Assembly (NCBI GenBank): GCA_903813345.2
Contig: CAIIXF020000001.1
Coordinates: 16,926,001-16,990,000, forward strand
Reading direction: 5' to 3'
Source: Owenia fusiformis
Lineage: Eukaryota
Length of the DNA: 64,000 bases
A model generated the notes under the pieces. It made no database searches. It was not told the DNA's origin and saw only the letters and a program-made list of their open reading frames with translations. Both the position numbers and the translations under genes were made by a program. Of the stretch, positions 24,201 to 33,499 are shown one piece after another (position 1 is the first letter of the stretch; every line of letters begins with the position of its first letter).

Positions 24201-27200
24201 CCTGTTAGCACTATGTACTTTGTATAATTGTGTCATTAAGGAATAAAGTGAATTGAATAACATCTTAAGGTTGTTTTTGTAAAAGCCTGATTTTTGAACA
24301 TGAATCATTAATTGGTTAATTTGGCCAATTGTGGTATTATTATGAGTAACACATTATTGTAAATCCTTCTAACAACATCCTAATTAGGCATAAACTACTC
24401 TTTTGGTCTTAGTCGATTTTTGGAAGTTGACCTAATAAACACCTAATAATAATCCAATAAACTTATAATAAGGCAATATGTGTTATATCGATCACTCTTG
24501 ATTAGCTATATTGGATAGATATGGTTAATTAGGAATGCGTATGTAAGAGAATAGTGTGCTTGTATTTTTACTCTTTAGTATTTTAACTTCCTTCAATGAG
24601 ACAACACCTGGATTTCTACTAAAGAGTGTTTTAGTATTTTTAGTCTTTAGAATTTTTACTTCTTTCTCCAAGGCAAGATAACACCTAAAGTATTTTAGAT
24701 CACAAAAGTAACATTTGCAAGTACCAGATCAGAAGGATGGGTTCTCCCGAACTCAAACGAAGGTTTCTTACATTTGGAGAAAAAATTGAGGTCATCAGAC
24801 TTTCTAAAACCAAGATATCACAGCGTAAGTTAGCATTCACGTATGGTGTATCACTTGGAACTATCAATAGAACTCTGAAGCAGAAGCGAGACATTTTGAA
24901 TGCAAGTGAATCAGAAAATTGGAATCCTGAGCGCCGGAGATTGAAATCGGGAAATGATGACCTTAATGTCGCTGTTCTAAAATGGTTCGTTGCAGCCAGG
25001 AGTAAAAACATTCCGATATCTGGTCCTCTAATCAAAGAAAAAGCACGACTTATTGCCAAAGATATGGGACTGAATGACTTCAAGGGTTCAAATGGATGGC
25101 TGAGTAGTTTCCAGACCAGAAATAACATTCTGTTCAAGGCCATAAGAAAGGGTAGTGCCAAAGTGAATACGTATGATGTGAACAAGTGGAATGCTACTCT
25201 ACCCAAACTGTGTGAGAATAATGCCGCAGAGGATATTCTCACCAAGGAGGAGACTGGAGTTTTACACAGTCATTCTCCAGTACAGAGTAATAACCCATGC
25301 AATGGGATTGAAAGCAGCAAGGGTTACTTGCCCGTTCTGGCTGGATCTGACATGACCAATTTTGCGGGTTATACATGTATCCAGTAAGACAACAGAGTTT
25401 GAGTCTCTTTATTTCTTGTGTGTCCAAATAAGTAAAGGAAAACAGCCACCTCTGAACTATGAATATAATGTGGTTAAAACCCATTACAGATTATGTACAT
25501 CTCATTTTCCTTACTCAAACTGGCCCGTTTTGCGATTATATCTGACAACATATACGAGTACATTGTATATTTTATTTTGTTAAGATAAATCAGCTACATG
25601 CATATAGACATACCCTTCTAAAACTGCCAACTTATAGTTAGTCCTTGAATGAAACTAGCTAAAAAAGCAATTGTACTTAATTAGTAATGTATTTTCACCC
25701 TTCGACAACTAAGAAACAAAACCTAGTGAGTGAAATTGCATATGTAATACTTAAAATAATTATGATTGTGTTTGCAGAAAATGTCCAACATCAGGGTGCA
25801 ATGGTGAGGGTCATGTGACGGGTCGATTTACAGCACACCATAAACTATCAGGGTGCCCGATAGCACCACAGAACAAGGAAAAGTTGTTGATGTATCAGTA
25901 TATGAATGGAGATGCCAGATCTAGTCCTGAGGATCTTAAACCAATTGAACCAGTAAAAATACCGAAAAAACGAGGGAGGAAAAAGTAAGTAGATTATCTG
26001 GGATAAACATGCAAGTTTGTTCTGTAAATGAAATCCATCAGTCCTTATAGCGCACAATTCAATCTGCGTTTTCACTAATCAAGTATCCTCTTTATTCAAC
26101 CATGTTTTTATAGGCCTAAAGGAAATACATGAGCCTGGACTAATACCAATTGTATATGGAAGGCACCATATGTTCATTGTATAGTCTACTGAAATATAGT
26201 CTCATTGTATAGTCTACTGAAATTTTGTCTCATTGTATAGTCCACTAAAATATAGTCTCATTGTAGTCTACTGAAATATAGTCTCATTGTATAGTCTACT
26301 GAAATTCAAAACACGAGTGTAACTACAAAGTTAAACTTAATATAAAGAATTTCATTTGGTGGAGTGCGAGGGATAAAACTGATATGTTTATTTTAACTTA
26401 GTGACATAAGACAAAGCTACTGTGTGTAGGGGATGTAGACTGAGAGGTGAAAAAGATTGATATTTCAGTTTGGGGTCTGATGTTTTGATGTGATTAGGTA
26501 GTTATCTTGTTGCACTATGTACCAGTCTAAGGCAGTATTTTGTGTACATTTAGCAAAAATTGAAAGGATAATACGCTATTTTACTTGGAAATAAAACAAT
26601 CACATGCTCCCCTGATTTTAGGAAGAAACGTGATCGCGATGAGAATGAGGCATTGTCAACCCTACACCAAGGTATTCACCAGTCAGTCTTTATGTCCACC
26701 TATGTGCCACCAAACCCTGCTAAAGATCTACCACTCAACTGGGATCAACATTCCAAACTTCTTCCGGGCCTCTCTTCTGTAACGGGAGGTTCAGCCATTC
26801 GCTGGAGCGTTGATGATGTCACAAGGTTTGTGATGTCACTTCCTGGCTGTGCAGATGTTAGCCAGCATTTCAAGGAAGAGGTAAGTATACATTGATCCAA
26901 TTAAATACAGGGTGTACAAGAAAACAATATTTATATCATATCAAACAAACTTTATATAAAATTTTAGATGCATATGCTCTATAGGGTTAGAATTTCTACT
27001 CGCATCTGAATCATTTATCTCATAAATCAGTTCAAATATGCATTACCAAAAAGCTAAATCACTGTGTTTTTCTTGATAACCAGTCAGATATTTAAAGGCT
27101 GAATCAGACATAAAGGGCAGTGACAAAATTACAATCAACATGGATTGGTACAGTTGACCTACTGTACTAAAATATTATTTACAATCTCATGTATTATCTC

Positions 27201-27591
27201 CTTAAAGGTCTTTGATATTTTTTGTCTAATGGTTGAGTTGTTTAAGATTCCAAGTGCACAGTGGCATGGTGTTCCAGAACTCAAGTATAAACTGAAGGAA
27301 TTTTTCGAAAATAGATACGCCAAGAAATAATAATATGCTAAAAAGATTCTTTGGCGGTTGGTGTAAAGACTGCTTTCGGTTGTCAGCATCTGTAACAAAT
27401 GGCTGTAAATGTAAATGCCACATTGTTTATGTGTTATAATTGTATCATATATCATTTTGCAGCAAATTGATGGTGAAGCGTTCCTCTTGTTAAATCAAAC
27501 AGATATGGTGAAGATATTAAATATGAAGCTAGGACCTGCTATAAAAATCTACAACAGTATTCTCATGTTAAAAAGAACTTTGGAAACCTGA
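11874..27591 (+). CDS. L3MBTL3: Lethal(3)malignant brain tumor-like protein (L3MBTL1/3/4 family), 19 coding exons, about 1044 aa
   Basis: Manual GT-AG, phase-consistent splicing: 11874-12210, 13019(or 13034)-13144, 14276-14470, 14761-14936, 15735-15834, 16050-16121, 16772-16922, 17569-17750, 18038-18120, 18318-18552, 20222-20319, 20752-20980, 21693-21778, 22135-22360, 22729-22831, 23386-23526, 25778-25984, 26622-26880, 27463-27591 (3135 nt). Encodes [24 protein letters not shown], an FCS finger, three MBT repeats, two C2HC fingers and a SAM domain. The symbol names the closest vertebrate family member; the gene is likely co-orthologous to L3MBTL1/3/4. Confidence 0.93.
13019..13144 (+). CDS. 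L3MBTL3: l(3)mbt coding exon 2 (in-frame tandem acceptors at 13019 and 13034)
   Basis: tcttacag|GT TCA TCT ATT ATA G|GT GAG AAA ... CTG AAA G|gtatgt; E/K/T-rich open frame. Confidence 0.7.
13159..13330. mobile_element. Small MITE (CAGGCCAGTAGCC...GGCTACAGGCATG)
   Basis: Imperfect short TIRs; ATGTG on both flanks. Confidence 0.5.
14276..14470 (+). CDS. L3MBTL3: l(3)mbt coding exon 3
   Basis: ttccag|GTGTG ... ATA AAG G|gtattc, phase 1-1. Confidence 0.75.
14761..14936 (+). CDS. L3MBTL3: l(3)mbt coding exon 4 (conserved [16 protein letters not shown] motif)
   Basis: tttttcag|AT GAA ... CTC AAG|gtat. Confidence 0.88.
15550..15712 (-). mobile_element. pogo/Tigger-like MITE (inverted copy of 22415-22592)
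   Basis: Ends gtgttccacttagacaggttttactg|ta; internal cctaagaccaactgacttaatgttaaatgaac is the reverse complement of about 22493-22525. Confidence 0.75.
15735..15834 (+). CDS. L3MBTL3: l(3)mbt coding exon 5 ([12 protein letters not shown])
   Basis: ttattgcag|TTT CGC ... GAA G|gtatat. Confidence 0.88.
16050..16121 (+). CDS. L3MBTL3: l(3)mbt coding exon 6
   Basis: ggttttag|AA AAG ... TCA G|gtcagt, 72 nt, phase 1-1. Confidence 0.7.
16772..16922 (+). CDS. L3MBTL3: l(3)mbt coding exon 7, FCS-type zinc finger
   Basis: [24 protein letters not shown]; acceptor ttctctag, donor AA|gtaagt. Confidence 0.9.
17569..17750 (+). CDS. L3MBTL3: l(3)mbt coding exon 8 ([11 protein letters not shown]-hook/NLS-like motif)
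   Basis: aatgtcag|G ATG AGT ... CCA G|gtgaga. Confidence 0.85.
18038..18120 (+). CDS. L3MBTL3: l(3)mbt coding exon 9 (MBT1 N-arm WTWEKYLE)
   Basis: atttcag|GT AAA ... GCA CAG|gtacta. Confidence 0.9.
18318..18552 (+). CDS. L3MBTL3: l(3)mbt coding exon 10 (MBT1 core)
   Basis: [17 protein letters not shown]...[13 protein letters not shown]...IFPVGW. Confidence 0.95.
20222..20319 (+). CDS. L3MBTL3: l(3)mbt coding exon 11 (MBT2 N-arm FEWSNYI)
   Basis: tgtttcag|GG TAT ... ACA CCA|gtgagt. Confidence 0.9.
20752..20980 (+). CDS. L3MBTL3: l(3)mbt coding exon 12 (MBT2 core; D/F/W/Y cage residues present)
   Basis: [11 protein letters not shown]...[26 protein letters not shown]. Confidence 0.95.
20932..21358 (+). 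repeat. 7 copies of a ~61-bp unit made of the MBT2 exon 3' end plus its splice donor
   Basis: Unit ccagtagg(g)gtggtgtcaggaaaatggaaaagcattgtcacctccaaatggtaagttataa; the first copy is coding. Confidence 0.95.
21693..21778 (+). CDS. L3MBTL3: l(3)mbt coding exon 13 (MBT3 N-arm FTWEEYM)
   Basis: cgttgtag|AC TGG ... AAA CCT|gtgagt. Confidence 0.9.
22135..22360 (+). CDS. L3MBTL3: l(3)mbt coding exon 14 (MBT3 core)
   Basis: [11 protein letters not shown]...[13 protein letters not shown]...[13 protein letters not shown]; phase-1 donor T|gtgagt. Confidence 0.95.
22415..22592 (+). mobile_element. pogo/Tigger-like MITE with TA TSD
   Basis: TA|CAGTGAAACCTGTCTAAGTGGAACAC ... GTGTTCCACTCATAAAAGATTTCACTG|TA. 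Confidence 0.8.
22729..22831 (+). CDS. L3MBTL3: l(3)mbt coding exon 15 (C2HC finger 1)
   Basis: [21 protein letters not shown]; phase 1-2. Confidence 0.92.
23005..23135 (+). mobile_element. Mini-HINE family copy; others near 15105-15205, 17300-17430, 27340-27410 (+) and 33925-34080, 34300-34540, 37405-37625, 50560-50645, 59530-59555 (-)
   Basis: 5' hairpin atgtcatcaccacagtggtgacat, 3' tgtaacaaatggtaggtggtgacattttgcatg; same subTIR layout as the 28882 element. Confidence 0.7.
23386..23526 (+). CDS. L3MBTL3: l(3)mbt coding exon 16
   Basis: [15 protein letters not shown]...; phase-2 donor GC|gtaagt. Confidence 0.9.
23862..24140 (+). repeat. 26-bp minisatellite, about 10 copies
   Basis: aaatttgcatcaagcacttcacattc head-to-tail. 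Confidence 0.95.
24699..25387 (+). CDS. Tigger/pogo transposase-derived ORF (Psq-HTH + CENP-B/Tc5 HTH, truncated inactive DDE); candidate alternative exon of l(3)mbt
   Basis: ORF 24737-25387, open from 24689: [14 protein letters not shown]...[44 protein letters not shown]...[27 protein letters not shown]. Acceptor tattttag ends at 24698; donor CA|gtaaga after 25383. Confidence 0.8.
25778..25984 (+). CDS. L3MBTL3: l(3)mbt coding exon 17 (C2HC finger 2 and PKKRGRK)
   Basis: [27 protein letters not shown]; phase 2-2. Confidence 0.92.
26174..26305 (+). repeat. 28-bp minisatellite, about 5 copies
   Basis: tcattgtatagtctactgaaatatagtc. Confidence 0.9.
26622..26880 (+). CDS. L3MBTL3: l(3)mbt coding exon 18 (linker and SAM N-half)
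   Basis: [12 protein letters not shown]...[14 protein letters not shown]...[17 protein letters not shown]...FKEE|gtaagt. Confidence 0.93.
27463..27591 (+). CDS. L3MBTL3: l(3)mbt last coding exon (SAM C-half)
   Basis: [42 protein letters not shown]. Confidence 0.93.
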   Translation, partial: QIDGEAFLLLNQTDMVKILNMKLGPAIKIYNSILMLKRTLET

Positions 27592-28015
27592 CAATTCTAT
27601 ACATTGACAGTAAACAGTGAACCATTATGCAATAGTGTTGTCATGGAAGGAAGCCTTATTCATCATTTCAATGTTATATAGTCTTACGCAGAACTCTACG
27701 AAAACACGGCCTATTAAGAACAGCACGATGAGAAGCAGCTGCTAATTTGTCATACGTTAGTATTTAATTGATTAGACTGAAATTATGTCCATTATCTATT
27801 TATCAGATATGTAGTACAAGAATTATTGAATTGTATTTATCATATAGTACATCTTGTAATTAGCTCATGGAAGATGAATGAGCTATGTCTGCTGCCTCAT
27901 ATACATGTCTTTGTATGTCTGCTATGCAATGCAAGGAGTTATAATAATCGTAGTGATGGAATTTTAGTGCCAAGTATAAGTTAATGTTAAAAATGAAATT
28001 CTTATATATCTAAAT

Positions 28016-28385
28016 CCCAACATACACCAATGGGGCAATATCCCACTTGCCCCATCGAGTCCTATTGAGTCACCCCATGAGACCTTGTTAACTTGATCCA
28101 CTGTCACAGATATGATGTAAAAAAATTTAGCCTAGTTTGGAAGGTTTTACTGAGGCCATGTTGATCCAAAGCCACCTGACATATCAGTCACCTTGTTAAA
28201 TTCTCGATGGAGCCTTGTGAGACTTGCCCCATGGAGCTCAATTGGACATGAGGGAGCTCGATGGGGCTCCATGGGGCAAAGTCCCATGGAATCCATTGGA
28301 GTCCAATGGGGCAAAACCCCATGAGGTCCGACAAGGTCCAAGTCTATGGAGGTCCCACTATATGCCCCATTGGTGTATGGCTGGC
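28016..28385. mobile_element. MITE downstream of the l(3)mbt stop
   Basis: TIRs catacaccaatggggca ... tgccccattggtgtatg; internal CCCCAT/ATGGGG subrepeats; no clear TSD. Confidence 0.7.
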
Positions 28386-28881
28386 TTAAATGGATCTGGA
28401 GTTAATTGTATATTCACAGATGATTATTAAAATTTATGACGTACATCACTCAATTATAATTATGTCCTAACTACATCACTATATTATAATTTCGTTTTGT
28501 GTGAAAAAATAATGTTCTTGTTATTGCAATCATTTATCCAAGCAGTATGTTAGCAAAAGCAGAGAGCCAGTTGAATTGTGGAGTATCATACTAGAATGCC
28601 AATAATCTAAAGAGAATAGAATGCACGTTTTGCTCTACTGGCACGTGTTTTGGGCTGAATTGATCTAAGCAAAGGTGCTTCTCTATAATGTAAATGGAAT
28701 TGTAGTACTAATTTCCCTTTAAATATTTTGGTATTTTATTATATGGTGTCCAGATTTCAATGATGAATAAATTATAAACACTTCTTTTCTATTTCTTTTA
28801 GTTCTGGCCTTTGATTTCATTCTATTGTCTTCTTGTTTTCATCTGAACAGCACGTCACTATTGTATCATACTCCTTTGTTT

Positions 28882-30544
28882 TTATGTCCCCACCACATAG
28901 TGTACGGCCATATTGTCGGCCTAGGCGCGTCCGTCTCTCTGTCCGTCCGTACATCCGGCAATTTTCTCCAAAACCGCTACAGATATCACCTTCAAATTTT
29001 CAGGGATAACTTATGAGTGCATACAGATGTGGATGAAAAAAATTAACTCGATACCTACTTCCTGTCGGCCATTTTGAAGTCAAATGCTAAAATCCTTGTC
29101 TGCAAACTTTAAGAAAAACGGCTTCACAGTTGCTTTTAAAACTTTAACATCTTGTTCAGCTCACTTCATTCTTGATCTGATTAGGTTTTGGACCTGTTAG
29201 CTCAGTCATGTCAGCCATTTTGAATGTTTTAAGAAAAGTTAGCGCGCGATAATACTTTGTATCATATTGAATGGTGTTTTTCAGTTTTCATACTTTAACT
29301 TTTTAGTAGCTTTATAAATAATTTCAGGTGTACTTTGTTGTAAAAGCTTATGTTATTTTTAACAGTTGTTATATGTGATAATTTTGTAAAAACTCATAAT
29401 CACTTTTTTATTGTCGGCCATTTTGGATTTTTCCGTCCTAAAATCTTGTCTTGTAAAGTCTTGTCTACGCATTTTCAGGTGAACCGTTTGGTAGATCAAT
29501 TTCAAATTTTCAGGGATGATTCTTAGTATGAGAATCTAGATCTGATTAGTTTTTGGGCATTCTGGGTAAATGTCAAGGCAGCCACTTTGGATTTTCCATC
29601 CTAAAATCTTGTCTGTAAAGTCTTGTCTACGCATTTTCAGGTGAACTTTTTGGTAGATCAATTTCAAGTTTTCAGGGATGATTCTCAGTATGAAAATCTA
29701 GATCTGGTTATTTTTACGGCATTCTGAATAAATGTCAAGGCAGCCATTTTGGATTTTCCGTTTTAAGATCTTGCCCGTAAAGTCTTGTCCACGCGTTTTT
29801 AGGTGAACTGTTTGGTAGATCAATTTCAAATTTTCAGGGATGATTCTAGTATGAAAATCTAGAACTGATTAGTTTTTGGGCATTCTGGGTAAATGTCAAG
29901 GCAGCCATTTTGGATTATCTGTCCTAAAATCTCGTCTGTAAAGTCTTGTCTACACATTTCCAGGTGAACTGTTTGGTAGATCAATTTCAAATTTTCAGGG
30001 ATGATTCTTAGTGTGAAAATCCAGAATAGATTCAAGGAGGATTGGCTCCCAGAATGCAACACCGATATTCTGCAAAACAATCACCTAGCGATAGCTTTGT
30101 TGGAGAGTATCGGGTCATTCTCCATGCAGTCGTACAAATTATACAGACACGAATAGCAAATGACGCATGCGTGGAGATTAAAGAATATCGAGTTGGAACC
30201 CTGGCTTCCAATCCTCCTTGGAATAGATTAGTTTTTGGCATTCTGGATAAATGTCAAGGCAGCCATTTTGGATTTTCTGTCCTCAAATCTTGTCTGTAAA
30301 GTCTTGTTTACATGTTTTCTGGTTAACTGTGTGACGGATCAATTTCAAATTTTCAGGGGTGGTTCTTAGTATGAAAATCTAGAACTGACTGATTTTTGGG
30401 CATTCTTGGTAAATTTTAAGGTGGCCATTTTGGATTCTCCGTCCTCAAATTGTGTCGGCAAAGTCTTGTCTACTCATTTTTAGGATAACCACTTGACAGG
30501 ATCACCCATAGGTGGGGACATATTGTACACATTTGTGTTCTTGT
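28882..30544 (+). mobile_element. HINE with ~177-bp internal tandem repeats
   Basis: subTIRs atgtccccacc ... ggtggggacat, GTCC microsatellite, about 5 core repeats at 29415-30480. Confidence 0.85.
30033..30220. mobile_element. 188-bp MITE with 9-bp TSD (MULE-like) nested in the HINE
   Basis: GAATAGATT|CAAGGAGGATTGG ... CCAATCCTCCTTG|GAATAGATT. Confidence 0.9.
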
Positions 30545-30589
30545 CTAAAATTGAGTACATGTGTATGAAAATGTCATTGGAATGAGAAA

Positions 30590-30972
30590 AAGGTACTGTC
30601 CTTACATGCCCTCTTATCTGCCTCCATATATAAAGGTGCTGTCCTTACATGCCCTCTTATCTGCCTCCATATATAAAGGTGCTGTCCTTACATGCCCTCT
30701 TATCTGCCTCCATATATAAAGGTGCTGTCCTTACATGCCCTCTTATCTGCTTCCATATATAAAGGTGCTGTCCTTACGTGCCCTCTTATCTGCCTCCATA
30801 TATGAAGGTGCTGTCCTTACATGCCCTCTTATCTGCCTCCATATATGAAGGTGCTGTCCTTATATGCCCTCTTATCTGCCTCCATATATGAAGGTGCTGT
30901 CCTTACATGCCCTCTTATCTGCCTCCATATATGAAGGTGCTGTCCTTATATGCCCTCTTATCTGCCTCCATA
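30590..30972 (+). repeat. 43-bp minisatellite, about 9 copies
   Basis: aaggtgctgtccttacatgccctcttatctgcctccatatat(a/g). Confidence 0.95.
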
Positions 30973-32041
30973 TTTATTTCAATGTTAATTTTGATATTTG
31001 CTTCACAAAGTTAAATATACACGTACAATATGTTCATTTGTCTGAATTAACAGGTACCACGTGGCATAAATATATGAATACACCATAAGCTGTATCTATT
31101 TAATCTAGAATTCTTTTGCTATGTTTCTGTTGCATATTGTATTTTAGTAGTGCAGGATGTGGCATGTAATATATGATATGTTAAATAGCACTAAGTACTT
31201 CTATATCATTGTTAATTAATTGGTGGAGGAAGGTTCACTCAAGTCTAATACATATTACGCACATTGCCATTCAGTGGCATTCAGAGTGTTAAGTGGAAAT
31301 ATTGTTTTTCAAAAATTGATTTGGGAAGGAATACAAATGTAAGAATATAAAATTCTCATAGGAAAGCCTCATTGTTGCTTATGTGCCATGCATTTTTTAC
31401 TGTACAGTGTATATATATCATGTAAATACTATCATCAAATGAAGCCGTTACACATGTATATTTGGTATCTTCTATGTGTTAGGAAGTATATGAAACACTT
31501 ATTCCAGCTTTTGGCATAAATCCTTAGATATGTTTAATTTAATTGAATTCTGCATTCATGTTTGTCTCAAAATAAAGCTGTAGTTACTTTGCTATGTTGA
31601 ATTATGGCATACTGGACTGTGTGGGTACAGTCTTAAGGCTTAAGTCATAAATGTAGGTGGAGTAGAATACATTAACAGGATGATTTAGTTGTATATTTTT
31701 ACATGTTTGCTTACAAGCTGATATCACATGTAATTAAAAATAGAGCACATGAGTATTAAGCATGTGAGCACATGTCTGTGAGCCTATGTACGTGGCACAT
31801 GTAGGTGACACATGTATGACTGTCTAATAGAAGGGCTGGTCCTGCTGAGAAGGAATTTGTAAATCTAGGGAATACATGTTATTATGTGTACATATATTTT
31901 TATGAAGTGCAATCATATATTTTTAGAAATGTAAGAATATTCAGTTAAAAGTAGATGAACTAAATTGTCTACCTACGATTGGGTTTAGCTTTTCAGTTGA
32001 TAGGTATTGGTGTATGTACATAAAATGATTTTACTAACGGA

Positions 32042-32140
32042 AATAAATAAATGTACAAAACTATAATATTCTTATATATTATTTTAATTTATTTATTCTA
32101 TGATATGTCCATGTTATAAACATGGTGAACATTTTTTATT
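32042..32140. terminator. Candidate back-to-back polyadenylation signals of l(3)mbt (+) and TRAPPC12 (-)
   Basis: AATAAATAAA at 32042-32051 (+); TTTATTTATT at 32088-32097 and TTTATT at 32135-32140 (AATAAA on -). Confidence 0.45.
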
Positions 32141-32339
32141 GCACATAACTGTAGTACGGAACCAGTCAATATTTGATGTCTCAAAACATACATTTCAGAC
32201 TGAACATTTTCTCAATTGGCTTACATGGTGTAAATTTTTCATATGTCCCCAGAACATAATAGCAATATATCTGTGATTGGAATATGATGTCCCATCAAGA
32301 CTATTAATAGTTATATCTTCCTAACTCGTTTCAGCATTA

Positions 32340-32554
32340 TGCCTCGGTCAAATTTGCTCCGATTCATCAGCCGGCGCCTGGCTGATTGCAGTATTTTGTT
32401 CAAAACTGATTTCACCTTGCTTCAAATTGAACTAACTTTTTTTTAAAATCAGTTCATATCTGACCTCAGATTTGAGATTTGACCTTCAACTTTGAACAAA
32501 ATACGCATTCGGTCGGGCGCTGGCTGATGAATCAGAGCAAATGTGACCTAGGCA
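32340..32554. mobile_element. PIF/Harbinger-like MITE with TTA TSD
   Basis: TTA|TGCCTCGGTCAAATTTGCTCCGATTCATCAGCC ... GGCTGATGAATCAGAGCAAATGTGACCTAGGCA|TTA. Confidence 0.85.
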
Positions 32555-33256
32555 TTATATCTTAATGCAATCTATGACTGGAACCATATGAACCTAAATG
32601 AAAAATCTCAACGATGTAAGATCTCTTAACATTCAGATATTCTAATCTAATGAGTTGCTTCATTTGAAATCGATGTTTCTCCACAAAGCATAATCAGTTT
32701 CTTCACTCTTTTTATTGACCAGTTTGACACCAATATTTTCATAGTTTTAACTGAATTTGAAAGGGAACATACATTAAGGATAAAAGACTAAATGACTTCA
32801 CTGTTTCAAAGTAGACAATGTCATACAATTGTCACTGGATACATGGTTAAGTTCACTCAACTATGGAATGTGAAAATGTTACAACACATTAGAAGCAACA
32901 ATGAAAAGAATAAAAAGCCCTATAAACTGTATAAACCATACTAAATCAATAAAGAATGTCAACCTTAGTGTGAACCATACTAGAAATGATTTATGATAAA
33001 ACATTCATTTTAGGAATAAAAAATGCTAGAAACTGTAACATTTGTTTTAGTCAATAGAGTAAACCTAGAGAGTTCTAATAAAGTAAACTAAGAACAGTAG
33101 AATTTTTATAAAGGTTAAGATCAGCTTGTTATTTCTAAGCTCCGGTCTTTATAATCTTGGAATCATAAATCATTATCAAGTCCATTTGTTGTAAAACTTT
33201 GAAAAGTTAATATTTCCCAAACTGAGTATCTAATGCAACAAATCTGTTGACATTTT

Positions 33257-33499
33257 CTATGACATTTTTAGACAGGCTGCGTTAAAGCCGTTTCCTTTGT
33301 GCTGGCTCACTAACTCGAGAAGTCCTTGTTTTTTCTGGATCGCTTTCGATGATTCAAGTTCATGTAATGTACAGAGGTTAAATAGGATACCATCTTGGAG
33401 GTATTTGGCTGGGTTGTTACGAACGAGGTGTTCAAGGATCTCCAATGCTGATGTTAATTTTCCAGTATATAGAGCACAAACTGCCATATTGTTGACTGC
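33257..33499 (-). CDS. TRAPPC12: TRAPPC12 last coding exon
   Basis: AVNNMAVCALYTGKL...FNLCTLHELESS...ACLKMS*. Confidence 0.93.
   Translation of the reverse strand, partial: AVNNMAVCALYTGKLTSALEILEHLVRNNPAKYLQDGILFNLCTLHELESSKAIQKKQGLLELVSQHKGNGFNAACLKMS

Noticed and set aside
24700-25245. 181-aa minus-strand ORF
   Set aside because: Antisense shadow of the Tigger-derived ORF with no recognisable motifs.
24737-25387. Active autonomous Tigger transposase
   Set aside because: First catalytic Asp replaced (EETG), DDE domain cut short, and no TIRs or TA TSD recognised.
30032-30299. Overlapping 69-85 aa ORFs on both strands
   Set aside because: They lie within a 188-bp MITE and HINE repeat units.
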